Assembly (NCBI GenBank): GCA_946413585.1
Contig: CAMKLG010000010.1
Location: 437 to 64,436 of the forward strand
Origin: an uncultured Bacteroidales bacterium
GTDB taxonomy: Bacteria; Bacteroidota; Bacteroidia; Bacteroidales; WCHB1-69
Length of the DNA: 64,000 nt
Direction of reading: 5' to 3'
This document shows positions 27,075 to 37,480 of this stretch, one piece after another (within the stretch, counting starts at the first letter, position 1; the number at the start of each line of letters is the position of its first letter). The notes beneath the pieces were generated by a model, which was not told the origin of the DNA, made no database searches, and was given only the letters and a program-made list of their open reading frames with translations. The translations under genes and the position numbers were made by a program.

Positions 27075-30000
27075 TTTCACGAATTTCTTCGTCACCACCC
27101 CCGCTTCCGTGTTAATTCTCACGAAATACACGCCCACGGCTAAACCCGAGATGTCGATACGGGCCTGTAGGGGCGAATCATTATTCGCCCCTACAACGGC
27201 GACGACCTTCCCGAACACATCCACAATTTGGATTTCACCACCCCATTGTACATCGTTCATTGTACATTCCACATTAATTACGTTGTTCGCGGGGTTCGGG
27301 TAAATCTTGATGTAGCGGTCATAATCCGAAATACCGGTGTTTGTGGTCTTGCCGGTCACCACGGGTGTCCATTCGCTAGTTTGGACACCGCAGACCGACT
27401 GCACCTGAATCTGGTACTCGGTGTTCGGCTGCAAATCCGTGATGAGGTAGGAAGGCTGATATGAGATGTCAGAACTCATCTCGCCGCTACCAGTACGATA
27501 CTGGATATTCCATTCCTCCGCGTCGCCCATCTCCGTCCATGCGATGGCGATGGTCTCATTTGTAGTGTCCGTAACGTGCAGATTCTCAGGAACGGGGCAA
27601 GGTCCTTGTTCCGTGGTGAAGGTGATTTCCGATCCGTAATAGACAGCGGTGTCCGTGGCCGCAAACGTCCGGAAAACATATTCCGTGGAGTGATGAAGCC
27701 CCGTGACAGTATATTCCATGGGCGAACCGCTCACATTCACAGACTGATAAACACCATTAGAGGTTGCTCTCCACTCAAATCCTTGGTAAACAACAAATTG
27801 ATTGCCTGGGTCGGCGATGTGTCCGTGCAGAGTGGCGTGATCTTGCCCAATTTGGGAGACCGAGTCCGTTACCACCGTCGGTTCAATCAAAGGACAATAC
27901 GCCGTGAAAGCATACAGAGTGGTGTCAGGATAGTAGTTGAACAATTCATCAATTTGATACAGCGTAACCCCATCAGGACTTTGGAAGATGAACCCGCACT
28001 GATTGAACATGCTTCCGTTGTCCCAAACCACCTGGACATCCGCCCAAGGGCATAGCATCAACGGGATGGTGTCGTAAGACATGGTACCGTGCTGACCAAC
28101 GTGGTCAACAGCTGTCAGGTCCGCAATCTGTACTCCGTTTTGGCGCACATACAAGTGCCCGCCGCTCCAGCCATCGCCATAAGTATCAGTCAGGATGAAC
28201 ATATATTCGCACTGGTCTATCGCCTCGCACGAAGGCGTGATGAACGAAGTCGTCACGTAGTTGGAAACATCCCCATTGCCACAATCGGCCTGCACGCGCA
28301 CAAAGTATTCGGTTTCAGGCTGCAGGTTCGTCATGGTGAAAGAGGGACTGTTCACGGCGTTGGAAATCCACGAGGTGGCACTGCCTTCCTTGTAGTCGAA
28401 ATTCCAAGTAGTTTCTACATTGCCAGCGGTCCAGTCGAAGGTGGCAGATGTGGGATGCAGGTCTGTCACCGCTAAGTTATTCACAGGATCGCAATTGTTG
28501 GTGTGCACGGAGACATTATAGATGATGGCCCCAGGCTGGTTATGGACCGCATTGTCGTTCGTCCAGGCAAAAGCCACCTTAATGGTGGAGTTCGCATCCG
28601 GGTTGTAGTATGGGTTCGTCATGGTAGCCGTAACATGCACGACATTGCCGTTGGTTAAATTGAAAATATAGGGGTATTGCTGATTCCCGGTGAGCGGTTT
28701 GTAGTTTGAGAAATCAAAACTGTAGCCAGACCAATTCACGTTGTAAAGCATATACAACGGATACCCGGAACTGTTTTCCGTGGCAGTGGAAGCCGCATAC
28801 TCCACCGTTGGACCAGAAAGGAGTAATTTGAGGAAATCGTACCGACTCTCGCCTCCTATCTTGACATCGAAATCGATGGATATTTCAGGGTTTGTGCCGA
28901 TACGGAAGAGTTTTTCAGCCGTCACCGTGGACTGACCGCTTCCATAGTTGGGTGTCTGTCCGTTATTTGAAATGAACAGTCCGTAGTCGGAATAGGCAGA
29001 GGTATCTACCTTGCCAACCATCCAATAGTTGTTGCAGACACCGTTGTTAAGTTTCCAATCTTGGTCTGACATTGGTGAAAAATCCGTGTAGTATGGTAAA
29101 TCCTCAACGCCCAACGGGGTGGAGAAATTCACAGACTTCCAAGCGGTCCCCGAGCAGACAGACGAAACCTGCGCCTGGTAATTTTTGCTGGCATGCAAGT
29201 CGTCAAAGATGAAGTAACAGTCGTATGTGGTACCATAATAGACCCAAGTAGTGTCGGGCAGAATGCGGTAGCGGATTGCATAGCCATCGTCGGAGAAGCC
29301 CACCCAAGAAAGTGTGGCAGAATCAGCGGTAATATCACTAACAGTAAGGTAATAGATGGGGGCGCACTCAGGACCGTTGAAAACGGAGATGTCATCCACT
29401 GTGATGGTACCGCCGCCGGCTTCCTTGGCGAAGAAAGCAAGTTGGATGTGGTCGAATCCCGACGGGAGCGGTATCGAGTCATTCTGCAATGAAGACGACG
29501 ACTGAGTGAAAAGTCCCAGCCTGTGCCAACCGTCGGTGGCGCTTGTCCGGTAATAAACGCCGAAATCATCGGAATTGTAGGAGCCGTTGCTGGATGAGTG
29601 TTTGACGGAGACGTAAGGGTGCGTGACCGCGGAGATGTCGAACACCGGCGACACTATGCCGCAAGTGTCCGCCCCAGGATAGATATGGTTGTGGTAGAGT
29701 TTCCCGTTCGTCAATGTCCAAGCGTGCCACGGATTGGTGGATAAATTCCAGCATTCTGGTTCTGTCGGGAAGGTCTCTAAATAAGGTGTCACATCATTGA
29801 CAGTAACCACGTCGCAACCTGAGACGAAACTGATGTTCCGCCACTCTGACAAAGAAGCGTCGCAGTTTGTGGCCACACGAAGGTCGTAAGCGGTCTGTGT
29901 GAGCAATCCTGTAAGCACAGCAAAAGTATCGGTGACGGTTATGCTAACCACCGCTGGGTCGGTCCAGGCCAAATTTTGCGGTTTGTACTGCAATGTGTAG

Positions 30001-31760
30001 GTGGCATCCGGCATATAGGTGCTCCACGTAACCACCGCCGTGTCCATAAACGTACCAGAAAGAGCAAGGTCGTTTACAGCATAACAATTTGATTGCCAAA
30101 TATGTACATTTGAAACTATGGCGCCGGGTTGCGTGCCGGATCCATAATTGTTACGCCATGCGAACACTAACTTCGCCACGCCATTCGGTGTGATATTGTC
30201 CAGTTCCACGCTCACATGTATCACATTGCCATTGGTGAGGTTCAGTTTGTGAGGGATTGACGGGCTCCCAGTCTGACTGAGATAATCGCTGAAATTCAGC
30301 GCATAGGTCGAGTAGTTGACCTGGCTATAGTTCGGGGCTCCTGTGGAAGCGGGGAACTCCACGCTGTCGGGTGCCCAAAAGACCTTCAGGTAGTCGTTGT
30401 AGGATTCGCCGCCTACCTGCACGTCAAATTCGAGATAGACGAAGGGACCTGCATCCATCTGGAAGGTTTTATACGCGCAAACGTTAGTGGTGGCTTGCAC
30501 ATTATATCCCGCCGTCGTTGTATAATGCTGCGCAATGAAAAGCGCGTCACTAAGCGTGCCTACACCAGGTGCGCCCATCATCCATTGGTTGGAGCAATTG
30601 GCGTTATCCAACATCCAAGCCCGGTCGGAAGTATCTGCAAAATCCGTAAAATAGGGAAGATTCACAGGAGACATGTCGGTGGTGAAAATTCCCTGTGTGT
30701 AATGTTCCTCCTCCGAGTCACAGAGAGTGGCAACTTCCACAACATAGGTAGTCAGCGGCTCCAGGCCAGGCAGAATCGCCTCTTCCGTTGCCGCCGCGCC
30801 GTATAGCGTCCATGCCGTATCAGAATCCTTCCGGTAACGCACATCGTAGCTCATGTTAGGCGCTCCGATCCAAGTGACGACCACGTCGCCATTGTCGTCC
30901 GTCCCTGCTTTCACCACTTCGGCAACCACCGGACAGGCAGGTCCATCATACACACTGATGTTGTCGAATTGCGCCCGAGTATTGTAAGCGCTCCCCACCC
31001 CTTCAAAGGCGATTTGGAGCGTGGGAGAGTTGGAGGGCAGCGACAAAGAGTCCGTCACCCAACTTGCGGTGGGTTTCACGAAAGTCCCCAACCTATGCCA
31101 AGAATCCTCCGAATCATCCCTGTAATAGACAGCCACATCCTTGTGATAACCTTGGAAATCAGGCTGATAGTGAGAAAACCGCAAATAGGGATGTTCCAGT
31201 CCGGAGACATCAATCACTGGCGAGACCGCCAAAATAGGAACATAAAGACCGTAAGAAGAGGTGTAAATATAACCGCTTTGGTAGGTGAAGGAGTTGTTGT
31301 CCCACGACCAGCAGTTGCTGCCGGTGGTGAACGTCTCCGTGTAAGGCGCGGTGTAGGTGCCGCACGGCGTTACATAATTTTGCACAGCGGAGATATCGGA
31401 CGTGTCCCCGTTGCAAATCTTCGCCATCCAGAACGAAAAACTAGTATTCGACGGCAACCCGACAAACTCGTAGGAGGTGCCCGTGACCGCCAGACAGACC
31501 GTGCTGTCAATGAGACCCGTCGGGCAATAATATAGCAGGTATGTCGCCGTAGGATCATCCTGCCACATCATAAAGAAGGAAGTGTCCATCTCCGAAAAGT
31601 AAAAAAATGGCGGAAAACAGTCGTCGGCAACCTTGTCCTCGGATCCGGCCATAATTGTCTGCATGTCAACGTTATTCGCAGACAAATTCATCATCCACAA
31701 CCCCATTGACAAACAAACCATCAGAAATGTCTTTTGGAATAATTGTAGAAGTTTTCTCAT
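27069..31760 (-). CDS. Giant T9SS-secreted surface protein (paralog A): Fn3-like and beta-sandwich modules plus a GDGW module
   Basis: 1563 aa. Signal peptide. Repeated LPYFTDFA..SD.AW.LDN..C.N.WM.G modules, Cys-bracketed Fn3-like modules and a TDTYGDGWSGG module. C-terminus YPNPANNVINV...GVYFVRINTEAGVVTKKFVKQ (T9SS CTD). Confidence 0.8.
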   Translation of the reverse strand: MRKLLQLFQKTFLMVCLSMGLWMMNLSANNVDMQTIMAGSEDKVADDCFPPFFYFSEMDTSFFMMWQDDPTATYLLYYCPTGLIDSTVCLAVTGTSYEFVGLPSNTSFSFWMAKICNGDTSDISAVQNYVTPCGTYTAPYTETFTTGSNCWSWDNNSFTYQSGYIYTSSYGLYVPILAVSPVIDVSGLEHPYLRFSHYQPDFQGYHKDVAVYYRDDSEDSWHRLGTFVKPTASWVTDSLSLPSNSPTLQIAFEGVGSAYNTRAQFDNISVYDGPACPVVAEVVKAGTDDNGDVVVTWIGAPNMSYDVRYRKDSDTAWTLYGAAATEEAILPGLEPLTTYVVEVATLCDSEEEHYTQGIFTTDMSPVNLPYFTDFADTSDRAWMLDNANCSNQWMMGAPGVGTLSDALFIAQHYTTTAGYNVQATTNVCAYKTFQMDAGPFVYLEFDVQVGGESYNDYLKVFWAPDSVEFPASTGAPNYSQVNYSTYALNFSDYLSQTGSPSIPHKLNLTNGNVIHVSVELDNITPNGVAKLVFAWRNNYGSGTQPGAIVSNVHIWQSNCYAVNDLALSGTFMDTAVVTWSTYMPDATYTLQYKPQNLAWTDPAVVSITVTDTFAVLTGLLTQTAYDLRVATNCDASLSEWRNISFVSGCDVVTVNDVTPYLETFPTEPECWNLSTNPWHAWTLTNGKLYHNHIYPGADTCGIVSPVFDISAVTHPYVSVKHSSSNGSYNSDDFGVYYRTSATDGWHRLGLFTQSSSSLQNDSIPLPSGFDHIQLAFFAKEAGGGTITVDDISVFNGPECAPIYYLTVSDITADSATLSWVGFSDDGYAIRYRILPDTTWVYYGTTYDCYFIFDDLHASKNYQAQVSSVCSGTAWKSVNFSTPLGVEDLPYYTDFSPMSDQDWKLNNGVCNNYWMVGKVDTSAYSDYGLFISNNGQTPNYGSGQSTVTAEKLFRIGTNPEISIDFDVKIGGESRYDFLKLLLSGPTVEYAASTATENSSGYPLYMLYNVNWSGYSFDFSNYKPLTGNQQYPYIFNLTNGNVVHVTATMTNPYYNPDANSTIKVAFAWTNDNAVHNQPGAIIYNVSVHTNNCDPVNNLAVTDLHPTSATFDWTAGNVETTWNFDYKEGSATSWISNAVNSPSFTMTNLQPETEYFVRVQADCGNGDVSNYVTTSFITPSCEAIDQCEYMFILTDTYGDGWSGGHLYVRQNGVQIADLTAVDHVGQHGTMSYDTIPLMLCPWADVQVVWDNGSMFNQCGFIFQSPDGVTLYQIDELFNYYPDTTLYAFTAYCPLIEPTVVTDSVSQIGQDHATLHGHIADPGNQFVVYQGFEWRATSNGVYQSVNVSGSPMEYTVTGLHHSTEYVFRTFAATDTAVYYGSEITFTTEQGPCPVPENLHVTDTTNETIAIAWTEMGDAEEWNIQYRTGSGEMSSDISYQPSYLITDLQPNTEYQIQVQSVCGVQTSEWTPVVTGKTTNTGISDYDRYIKIYPNPANNVINVECTMNDVQWGGEIQIVDVFGKVVAVVGANNDSPLQARIDISGLAVGVYFVRINTEAGVVTKKFVKQ

Positions 31761-31923
31761 AAAATGGTATTTTAATGATTATTCAATTTTCTGACTATAG
31801 GACGAAATGTCATTAAAAATGTTGCAACTTTTTTTGAATTTCTTTCATTTTTAACACAAACATCTTATTATCAATCAATTAAAACAATTAAAACACCTAA
31901 AAGAATCCAAAACCACAATGCAC

Positions 31924-31957
31924 AAAAAAAGGCCGCGCCAAATAGGCAACGACCTTT
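31924..31957 (-). terminator. Rho-independent terminator of T9SS paralog B
   Basis: Same stem as 26952-26985, with two substitutions confined to the loop (CCGG to TAGG on the + strand). Confidence 0.8.
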
Positions 31958-31960
31958 GTT

Positions 31961-32060
31961 AATGCATAATGCATAATGTAGAATGAAGAATGAAGAATAA
32001 TTATTCATCGTTTTCTTCATCGTCCTTTATTCTTCATTATGCATTCATCATTCATCACTT
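31961..32060. repeat. Conserved 3' element, copy B
   Basis: Same hairpin as copy A with two extra heptamers in the left arm (CATAATG, GAAGAAT). The array CATTCATCATTCATCAC contains the stop codon at 32055-57. Confidence 0.85.
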
Positions 32061-35000
32061 CTTCACGAATTTCCTTGTAATTGATCCCTTCTCCGTGTTG
32101 ATTCTCACGAAATACACGCCGGAGGCCAAACCCGAAATATCTATACGGGTCTGCAGGGGCGAATCATTATTCGCCCCTGCAACGGTGCGGACCACCTTCC
32201 CGTACACATCGCATACCTGAATCTCACCATTAAATTGATCATTATTCATTATGCTTACATTAACCACGTTGTTGGCGGGATTAGGATATACGACGAACGA
32301 CCGGTCATAGTCGCGCAGCCCCGTGGTCGTGAAGGCCGTCACAACGGATGTCCATTCGCTGGTTTGGACACCGCAGACCGATTGTACTTGGATTTGGTAT
32401 TCAGTATTGGGTTGAAGGTCGGTGATCAAGTAGGAAGGCTGGTAAGAGACGTCGGAGTTCATCTCGCCGTTGCCAGCGCGGTACTGGACGTTCCATTCCT
32501 CAGCATCGCCGGTCTCCGTCCACGCGATAGAGAGCGTGTTGTCCGAAGAGTCGGTCACGTGCAGGTCGGTGGGGGCGGGACAAGGCGGAATTACCTCCTC
32601 CAGTGTGGTGAAGACCATATCTGCTCCGTAAGTCGTATCCGACTCTGTCATGACAAATGCACGATAGACGTAAGAGGTTGCGCTTTGCAGGCCCGTGAGG
32701 GTGTACGACATGCTGTCGCCCATGGCACTCACCTCCGTGTAGTCGCTTCCGAAGAGGGGCTTCCATTCGAAACCTCTCGCCGTGATGGGCAGTCCGCCCG
32801 CGTCCGCGATATGGCCGTGCAACACTGCCTCTGTCTGCGTGATGTTGTCCGCACTGTCGGTAACGACCGTGGGTAAAGCGGACGGACAGTTGCCCGTGAA
32901 AGTGGTCAGCACAGCGTGAGGGGTTGGCATACTTGAGGCGGTATAGATAGTGACCCCGTCGGGATTGATCACAGTGACACCGCAGGTGTTACAGTTGCTG
33001 TTGTAATCCCAAAGAACAGAGACGTCAGCATGATGGCAAATATCCACGAATAGGGTATCGTTGATGGTGACGCTAAATCCATGTTGGCTGGCAGCAAAGG
33101 ATTCCGTGATGTCTCCGTCTTGAATCACGGCTACGCGGGCATTGGCACTGGAAAAAGAATCCCATTCACCATGCAATATGAAGGTATATGGGCAGAAAAC
33201 ATCGCAGTGTCGGGTGGAGAAAGTGCTGTTTACCGGTATCGAATAGTTGTCGCTGCCGCAGTCGGTTTTCACGCGGACCTCATAATCTCTGGAAGGAGTA
33301 AGCCCTGTCAGCGTGTATTCCGGAATTCCCGATGCGGTCACTTGCATCCAGGTCGCGGAGGTGGGCTCTCTGTACTCTATGATCCAATCGGTTTCACCAC
33401 CGCTTCCCGGTGTCCAGGAAAGGTCTGCGGTGGTGGAATGCACGTTCGAAACGGTCAGCTGGCTCACGGGGGCACACGAGTTACTCCGTACCGATACATT
33501 CGTGATGATCGGGGCAGGCTGGTTGCCCATCGAATAGTCGTTTTTCCAAAGGAAGACCACCTTGGCACGGGTATAGTTCGGGTAATTAGCGATAGGATTG
33601 GGCATCGTGGCGATAATGTGCACCAAACCGTCCCCACCTGCTCTGTTGAAAACATAGGGTGACACATTCACTTGCTCATACATCAAACTGAAATAAGGAG
33701 TGAAGTTGAAAGCATTTGTGGAGTACTCTCTTTTCGCGTATGTCGGGTTGTAAGAATCTGCCGTGGTCGAGGCTGGATATTCCGTGTTTTCAGGTGCCAC
33801 AAACAACTTGATGTAATCATATAAGGACTCCCCTCCGATGCGCACATCAAACTCCACTATGATGGAATCAACACCAGCCACTTCGAAGAGCTTTTCCGCT
33901 GTCACCACCGAAGAACTCGTGACATTGTATCCCGGCGTGTTGCCGTCGTTGGTCACAAACATCGCATATATGTTATTGGCGGCATCCCACTCGCCTATGG
34001 TCCAATAGTTGGCACACTCGCCGTTGTTGAGCAACCAACCATGGTCGGAATTGGGCGCAAAGTCTGTGAAGTAGGGCAATGTCGCTGCCGACAGCAGCGT
34101 GGAGAACTGCGCCGCCATCCAGTTCGGCTCGTCACAGTCGCCCGAAACCTCTACGATGTAGGTATGCGAATCCTGTAATCCATTGATAATGTATGTAGTA
34201 TCCGTGGAGGCATAGTATGTCCATACCGTGTCAGAAATTTCCCGGCATCGAATCAGATACCCGTTTTCGTGGTTGCCGATCCAGGAGATGGCGACGGCGT
34301 TGGCCGTCACATCCTCCACCGTCACACTGACCATTGGCAAACACGAAGGCCCGTTATAGACCGTCACGTCATCCAAATATAAATATCCGTTATTCACAGG
34401 ATAAAAAGCAATCTGCAACATGTTGGAAAAAGGCAACGGCAGGGAATCGGTGGCGTTTCCATAGAAAGTGGCCAACTCTTGCCAGGGGTCCAAAGCACTC
34501 GTCCGGCAAGCCACCCGAACACCACCCTGTTCATGTTTGAATTTAAGATAGGGGTTGGATACTGCGGAAATATCCATCATCGGAGCTAGCGCAGGGCACT
34601 CTTCCCCCCAATCGTGGTTGCCGTGATTTTCATGGGATAGACTCTGATTATACAAGGGCTTTCCCCAGGAATGTAGCGGATTGACCGTGAGGTTCCAGCA
34701 CTCAGGCGGTGGACCTACATAATCGAAATCCTCAATATATGGCGTACTGTCCGTGACCACGATGCCGCAGTTCGTGTTGAACGAGACATAACGCCAATTG
34801 CCCACGCCCAGCGTGTTTCCGCAATCCACCCTGACCCGCACATCGTAGGCCGTGTCGTTCAACAGATTATGCAAAATCAGATAATTGGAATCCAACAGAA
34901 TGGTTGTGACACCCGAATCAGCCCAATCCAAGGTGTGCAGTTTATACTGAAGCTCTATAGACGGGGCGTTTGCCGGTGGCACCCAGGAGACCAATGCAGA

Positions 35001-37274
35001 TTGCCCGGTGACATCAAATACATTGAGTTGCTCCACCACATCGCAATCGTTCTGCCATACATGCACGTTGGTGATGACGGGGCCGGGCTGATTATCCGAA
35101 TACATGCCGTAGTGGCTGGTTGTGCTGTGGTCATTGGTCCAGACGAACACCAGCTGCACCTCCCCGTTCAGGTTCGGGTTCGGCATTTCCATATTGACAT
35201 GCAATATGTTACCTTGTGTAAGGTTCAGTTTGTAGTCGCCTCCATAGCCCGTCTGGCTCAAAAACTCGTGGAAATTGGCCGCGTAAACCTGATAGTCAAA
35301 AGCGGAAAAAGCCGTGCTGTTTTCTGACGCGGCGTACACCACATCCGCCGGTGCGAGAAACATCTTCAGATAATCCATGTTACTATTGCCGCCGCAAAGG
35401 ACGTCAAACTCGATGTTCACCGTAGATATATCACTGACATTGAAGCGTTTGGAAGCACTCACAACTGTATAATAGTGGTCTTGACCGTACTCCGCCGAGG
35501 TACCGTCGTTCGTAATGAACAAGGCATTGTTCACCTGCGGATATCCGCCCGGCGCCCCCATCACCCAATGGTTGAGACAAGTGCCGTTATCTAACTGCCA
35601 GCCTCGGTCGGCCGTGGCGGAAAAGTCCGTGAAATAGGGCAGATTGGTAGCGACCACCTGCGAGGTGAACGCGCAGGGGACCCACACCAACGAATCGCAG
35701 GAGGACGAGACTTCCACCTCGTAGTTCGTGAGTGACGCAAGAGGCTCAATGATTGCATAGCCGCCGAGGTCGTTTGTATAGACCCACTCCGCTGTGGCAG
35801 ACGTTCTGTAACGCACATTACATCCTGCGGGATTGTTGCACACCCAGTGGATGAAGGCCGTGTCGCCGCTCTGTCCCGCGAAGGCCACATCCGAAACCAC
35901 CTCACATTCAGGCCCGTCATAAACATAAATATCATCCAACGAAATTCTTGCAGATTGCGAATTACCGTGCAAAATAGAGAAAAAACCGAGCTGCAACGTG
36001 GGTGAAAATGAAGGAATCGCCAGCGAGTCAGTTTTCCAATCCCATGGAGTCGTATGCGTGATATAGGTTCCCAAATAGTGCCATTCATCCCCTTCATATT
36101 CACGATAATAGAGAGCTAAATCTTTGTGCGCCCCATCTATTTTGGACTGTATGCGGGAGAATTTCAGGTAGGGATTGCTCAGTTCAGAAACATCAATGAC
36201 TGGCGAGACAGCCCGCACCGTGTCGAAATAGCCGAAGTTCGTGCTGAGCGTTGGGGAGACGTAATTCGATGTGTATATATAATCTAAACCTAACGTGAAC
36301 GACAAATCTAACGTCCAGCAGTGCTGACTCGAACCGAAGTGTTCCTCGAACGGTGCCACGTAGGTGCCGCAACCCGTGGTGAAAAGAGTGCCCAAATAGA
36401 TGGCCGAGGTGTCATTACCACAAAGTTTCGCCATCCACGCCATATATTCAGAATTGGGCATCAGTCCTGAAATAGTGCTCGAACTACCACCAACCAACTC
36501 ATACTCGTTATCTTGCTCACTTGCATTGGCCAAACGATAGATAATCAGGAACGAGTCGGCATCTGATCCCTGCCAGTTGAAAATAGCATTCGTGCCATCC
36601 ACCGTCACCGTAAACTGCGGTGCCTCACACGTGGCGGGCGTGATGGAAATATTGTCAATGGCAGCCGGCACCAGCCGCGCATTTGCATTGAGATAACCCC
36701 ATGTGTAGAACTGCAATGTTTTCACGCCCGAGACATTTTGCAGGGGGACGCGGATATGCCGCCAAACGTTATCGTTCACCGCCATTTCCAGAGATTCTCC
36801 CTCATAGGTCGGAGTCTCCTGCGGCATCAAGTCGGCGGTGTCGCGCAGGAAGACCTTCAACCCGCCAAGGACATTCAAACCGTTCTGGTTTCCCGATGCC
36901 TTCCAATCCAGCTCCAGCACCCAGTTCTGCGGAATGTTCCCGAAATCGAGGATACGTTCTGCAAAGAGCCAGCAGGACTCGCTGTTGGCACCATACGTCT
37001 CGAGTCCAGTGGTGTCATTGCTGACATACAGGGACTTATCGACACCGTTGTCTTGGAAAGAAGTACTTGTTCCTATAGTAAAATGGTTCAACCGACTGAA
37101 AGAGTACGAAATTCCCTGCGAGAGAATCCACTTCGCATTCTCGTCCGGATGGTTGAAATCACAGCTATACGGCATCGTCGCCGGTACCAGCTGTACACTG
37201 TCAACTTGCGCCTCCGCGCAACCGCAAAGTCCCAAAAGAACCACGGCCAACATAATGTAATACTGCTTTTTCAT
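32055..37274 (-). CDS. Giant T9SS-secreted surface protein (paralog B)
   Basis: 1739 aa. Same module grammar as paralog A. The 33-aa block SYQPSYLITDLQPNTEYQIQVQSVCGVQTSEWT is identical in both. T9SS CTD ...GVYFVRINTEKGSITRKFVKK. Confidence 0.8.
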   Translation of the reverse strand: MKKQYYIMLAVVLLGLCGCAEAQVDSVQLVPATMPYSCDFNHPDENAKWILSQGISYSFSRLNHFTIGTSTSFQDNGVDKSLYVSNDTTGLETYGANSESCWLFAERILDFGNIPQNWVLELDWKASGNQNGLNVLGGLKVFLRDTADLMPQETPTYEGESLEMAVNDNVWRHIRVPLQNVSGVKTLQFYTWGYLNANARLVPAAIDNISITPATCEAPQFTVTVDGTNAIFNWQGSDADSFLIIYRLANASEQDNEYELVGGSSSTISGLMPNSEYMAWMAKLCGNDTSAIYLGTLFTTGCGTYVAPFEEHFGSSQHCWTLDLSFTLGLDYIYTSNYVSPTLSTNFGYFDTVRAVSPVIDVSELSNPYLKFSRIQSKIDGAHKDLALYYREYEGDEWHYLGTYITHTTPWDWKTDSLAIPSFSPTLQLGFFSILHGNSQSARISLDDIYVYDGPECEVVSDVAFAGQSGDTAFIHWVCNNPAGCNVRYRTSATAEWVYTNDLGGYAIIEPLASLTNYEVEVSSSCDSLVWVPCAFTSQVVATNLPYFTDFSATADRGWQLDNGTCLNHWVMGAPGGYPQVNNALFITNDGTSAEYGQDHYYTVVSASKRFNVSDISTVNIEFDVLCGGNSNMDYLKMFLAPADVVYAASENSTAFSAFDYQVYAANFHEFLSQTGYGGDYKLNLTQGNILHVNMEMPNPNLNGEVQLVFVWTNDHSTTSHYGMYSDNQPGPVITNVHVWQNDCDVVEQLNVFDVTGQSALVSWVPPANAPSIELQYKLHTLDWADSGVTTILLDSNYLILHNLLNDTAYDVRVRVDCGNTLGVGNWRYVSFNTNCGIVVTDSTPYIEDFDYVGPPPECWNLTVNPLHSWGKPLYNQSLSHENHGNHDWGEECPALAPMMDISAVSNPYLKFKHEQGGVRVACRTSALDPWQELATFYGNATDSLPLPFSNMLQIAFYPVNNGYLYLDDVTVYNGPSCLPMVSVTVEDVTANAVAISWIGNHENGYLIRCREISDTVWTYYASTDTTYIINGLQDSHTYIVEVSGDCDEPNWMAAQFSTLLSAATLPYFTDFAPNSDHGWLLNNGECANYWTIGEWDAANNIYAMFVTNDGNTPGYNVTSSSVVTAEKLFEVAGVDSIIVEFDVRIGGESLYDYIKLFVAPENTEYPASTTADSYNPTYAKREYSTNAFNFTPYFSLMYEQVNVSPYVFNRAGGDGLVHIIATMPNPIANYPNYTRAKVVFLWKNDYSMGNQPAPIITNVSVRSNSCAPVSQLTVSNVHSTTADLSWTPGSGGETDWIIEYREPTSATWMQVTASGIPEYTLTGLTPSRDYEVRVKTDCGSDNYSIPVNSTFSTRHCDVFCPYTFILHGEWDSFSSANARVAVIQDGDITESFAASQHGFSVTINDTLFVDICHHADVSVLWDYNSNCNTCGVTVINPDGVTIYTASSMPTPHAVLTTFTGNCPSALPTVVTDSADNITQTEAVLHGHIADAGGLPITARGFEWKPLFGSDYTEVSAMGDSMSYTLTGLQSATSYVYRAFVMTESDTTYGADMVFTTLEEVIPPCPAPTDLHVTDSSDNTLSIAWTETGDAEEWNVQYRAGNGEMNSDVSYQPSYLITDLQPNTEYQIQVQSVCGVQTSEWTSVVTAFTTTGLRDYDRSFVVYPNPANNVVNVSIMNNDQFNGEIQVCDVYGKVVRTVAGANNDSPLQTRIDISGLASGVYFVRINTEKGSITRKFVKK

Positions 37275-37324
37275 TTTTGTATGATTTTATGACTATTGAC
37301 TGCTTACTCTAACTACAGGCCTTT

Positions 37325-37359
37325 CCCTACCCCCTACTCCCTATTCACTACTCCCTACA
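37325..37359. repeat. Heptamer tandem array (CCCTACC/CCCTACT/CCCTATT...)
   Basis: Five 7-nt units. Contains the 11-mer CCCTACTCCCT, which is also found at 1089, 49992 and 62855. Confidence 0.85.
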
Positions 37360-37480
37360 TTAATAAAGTCGCACTCAGCCTCAAATCTGTTACATCAAAC
37401 AAAAAAAATTTTTCCGTAGAGGGTTTTCATTTTTTTTGTATTTTAGCCGCCTTAAATTTTATTGTGAAAATTAGTGTAAT

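Noticed and set aside
27004-27303. Conserved small + strand ORFs MKNNYSSFSSSSFILHYAF... (27004-27303 and 31990-32220)
   Set aside because: They start inside the duplicated 3' hairpin element and then run antisense through the T9SS CTD codons. Their similarity is explained by the duplication itself. The sequence is low-complexity and has no promoter box.
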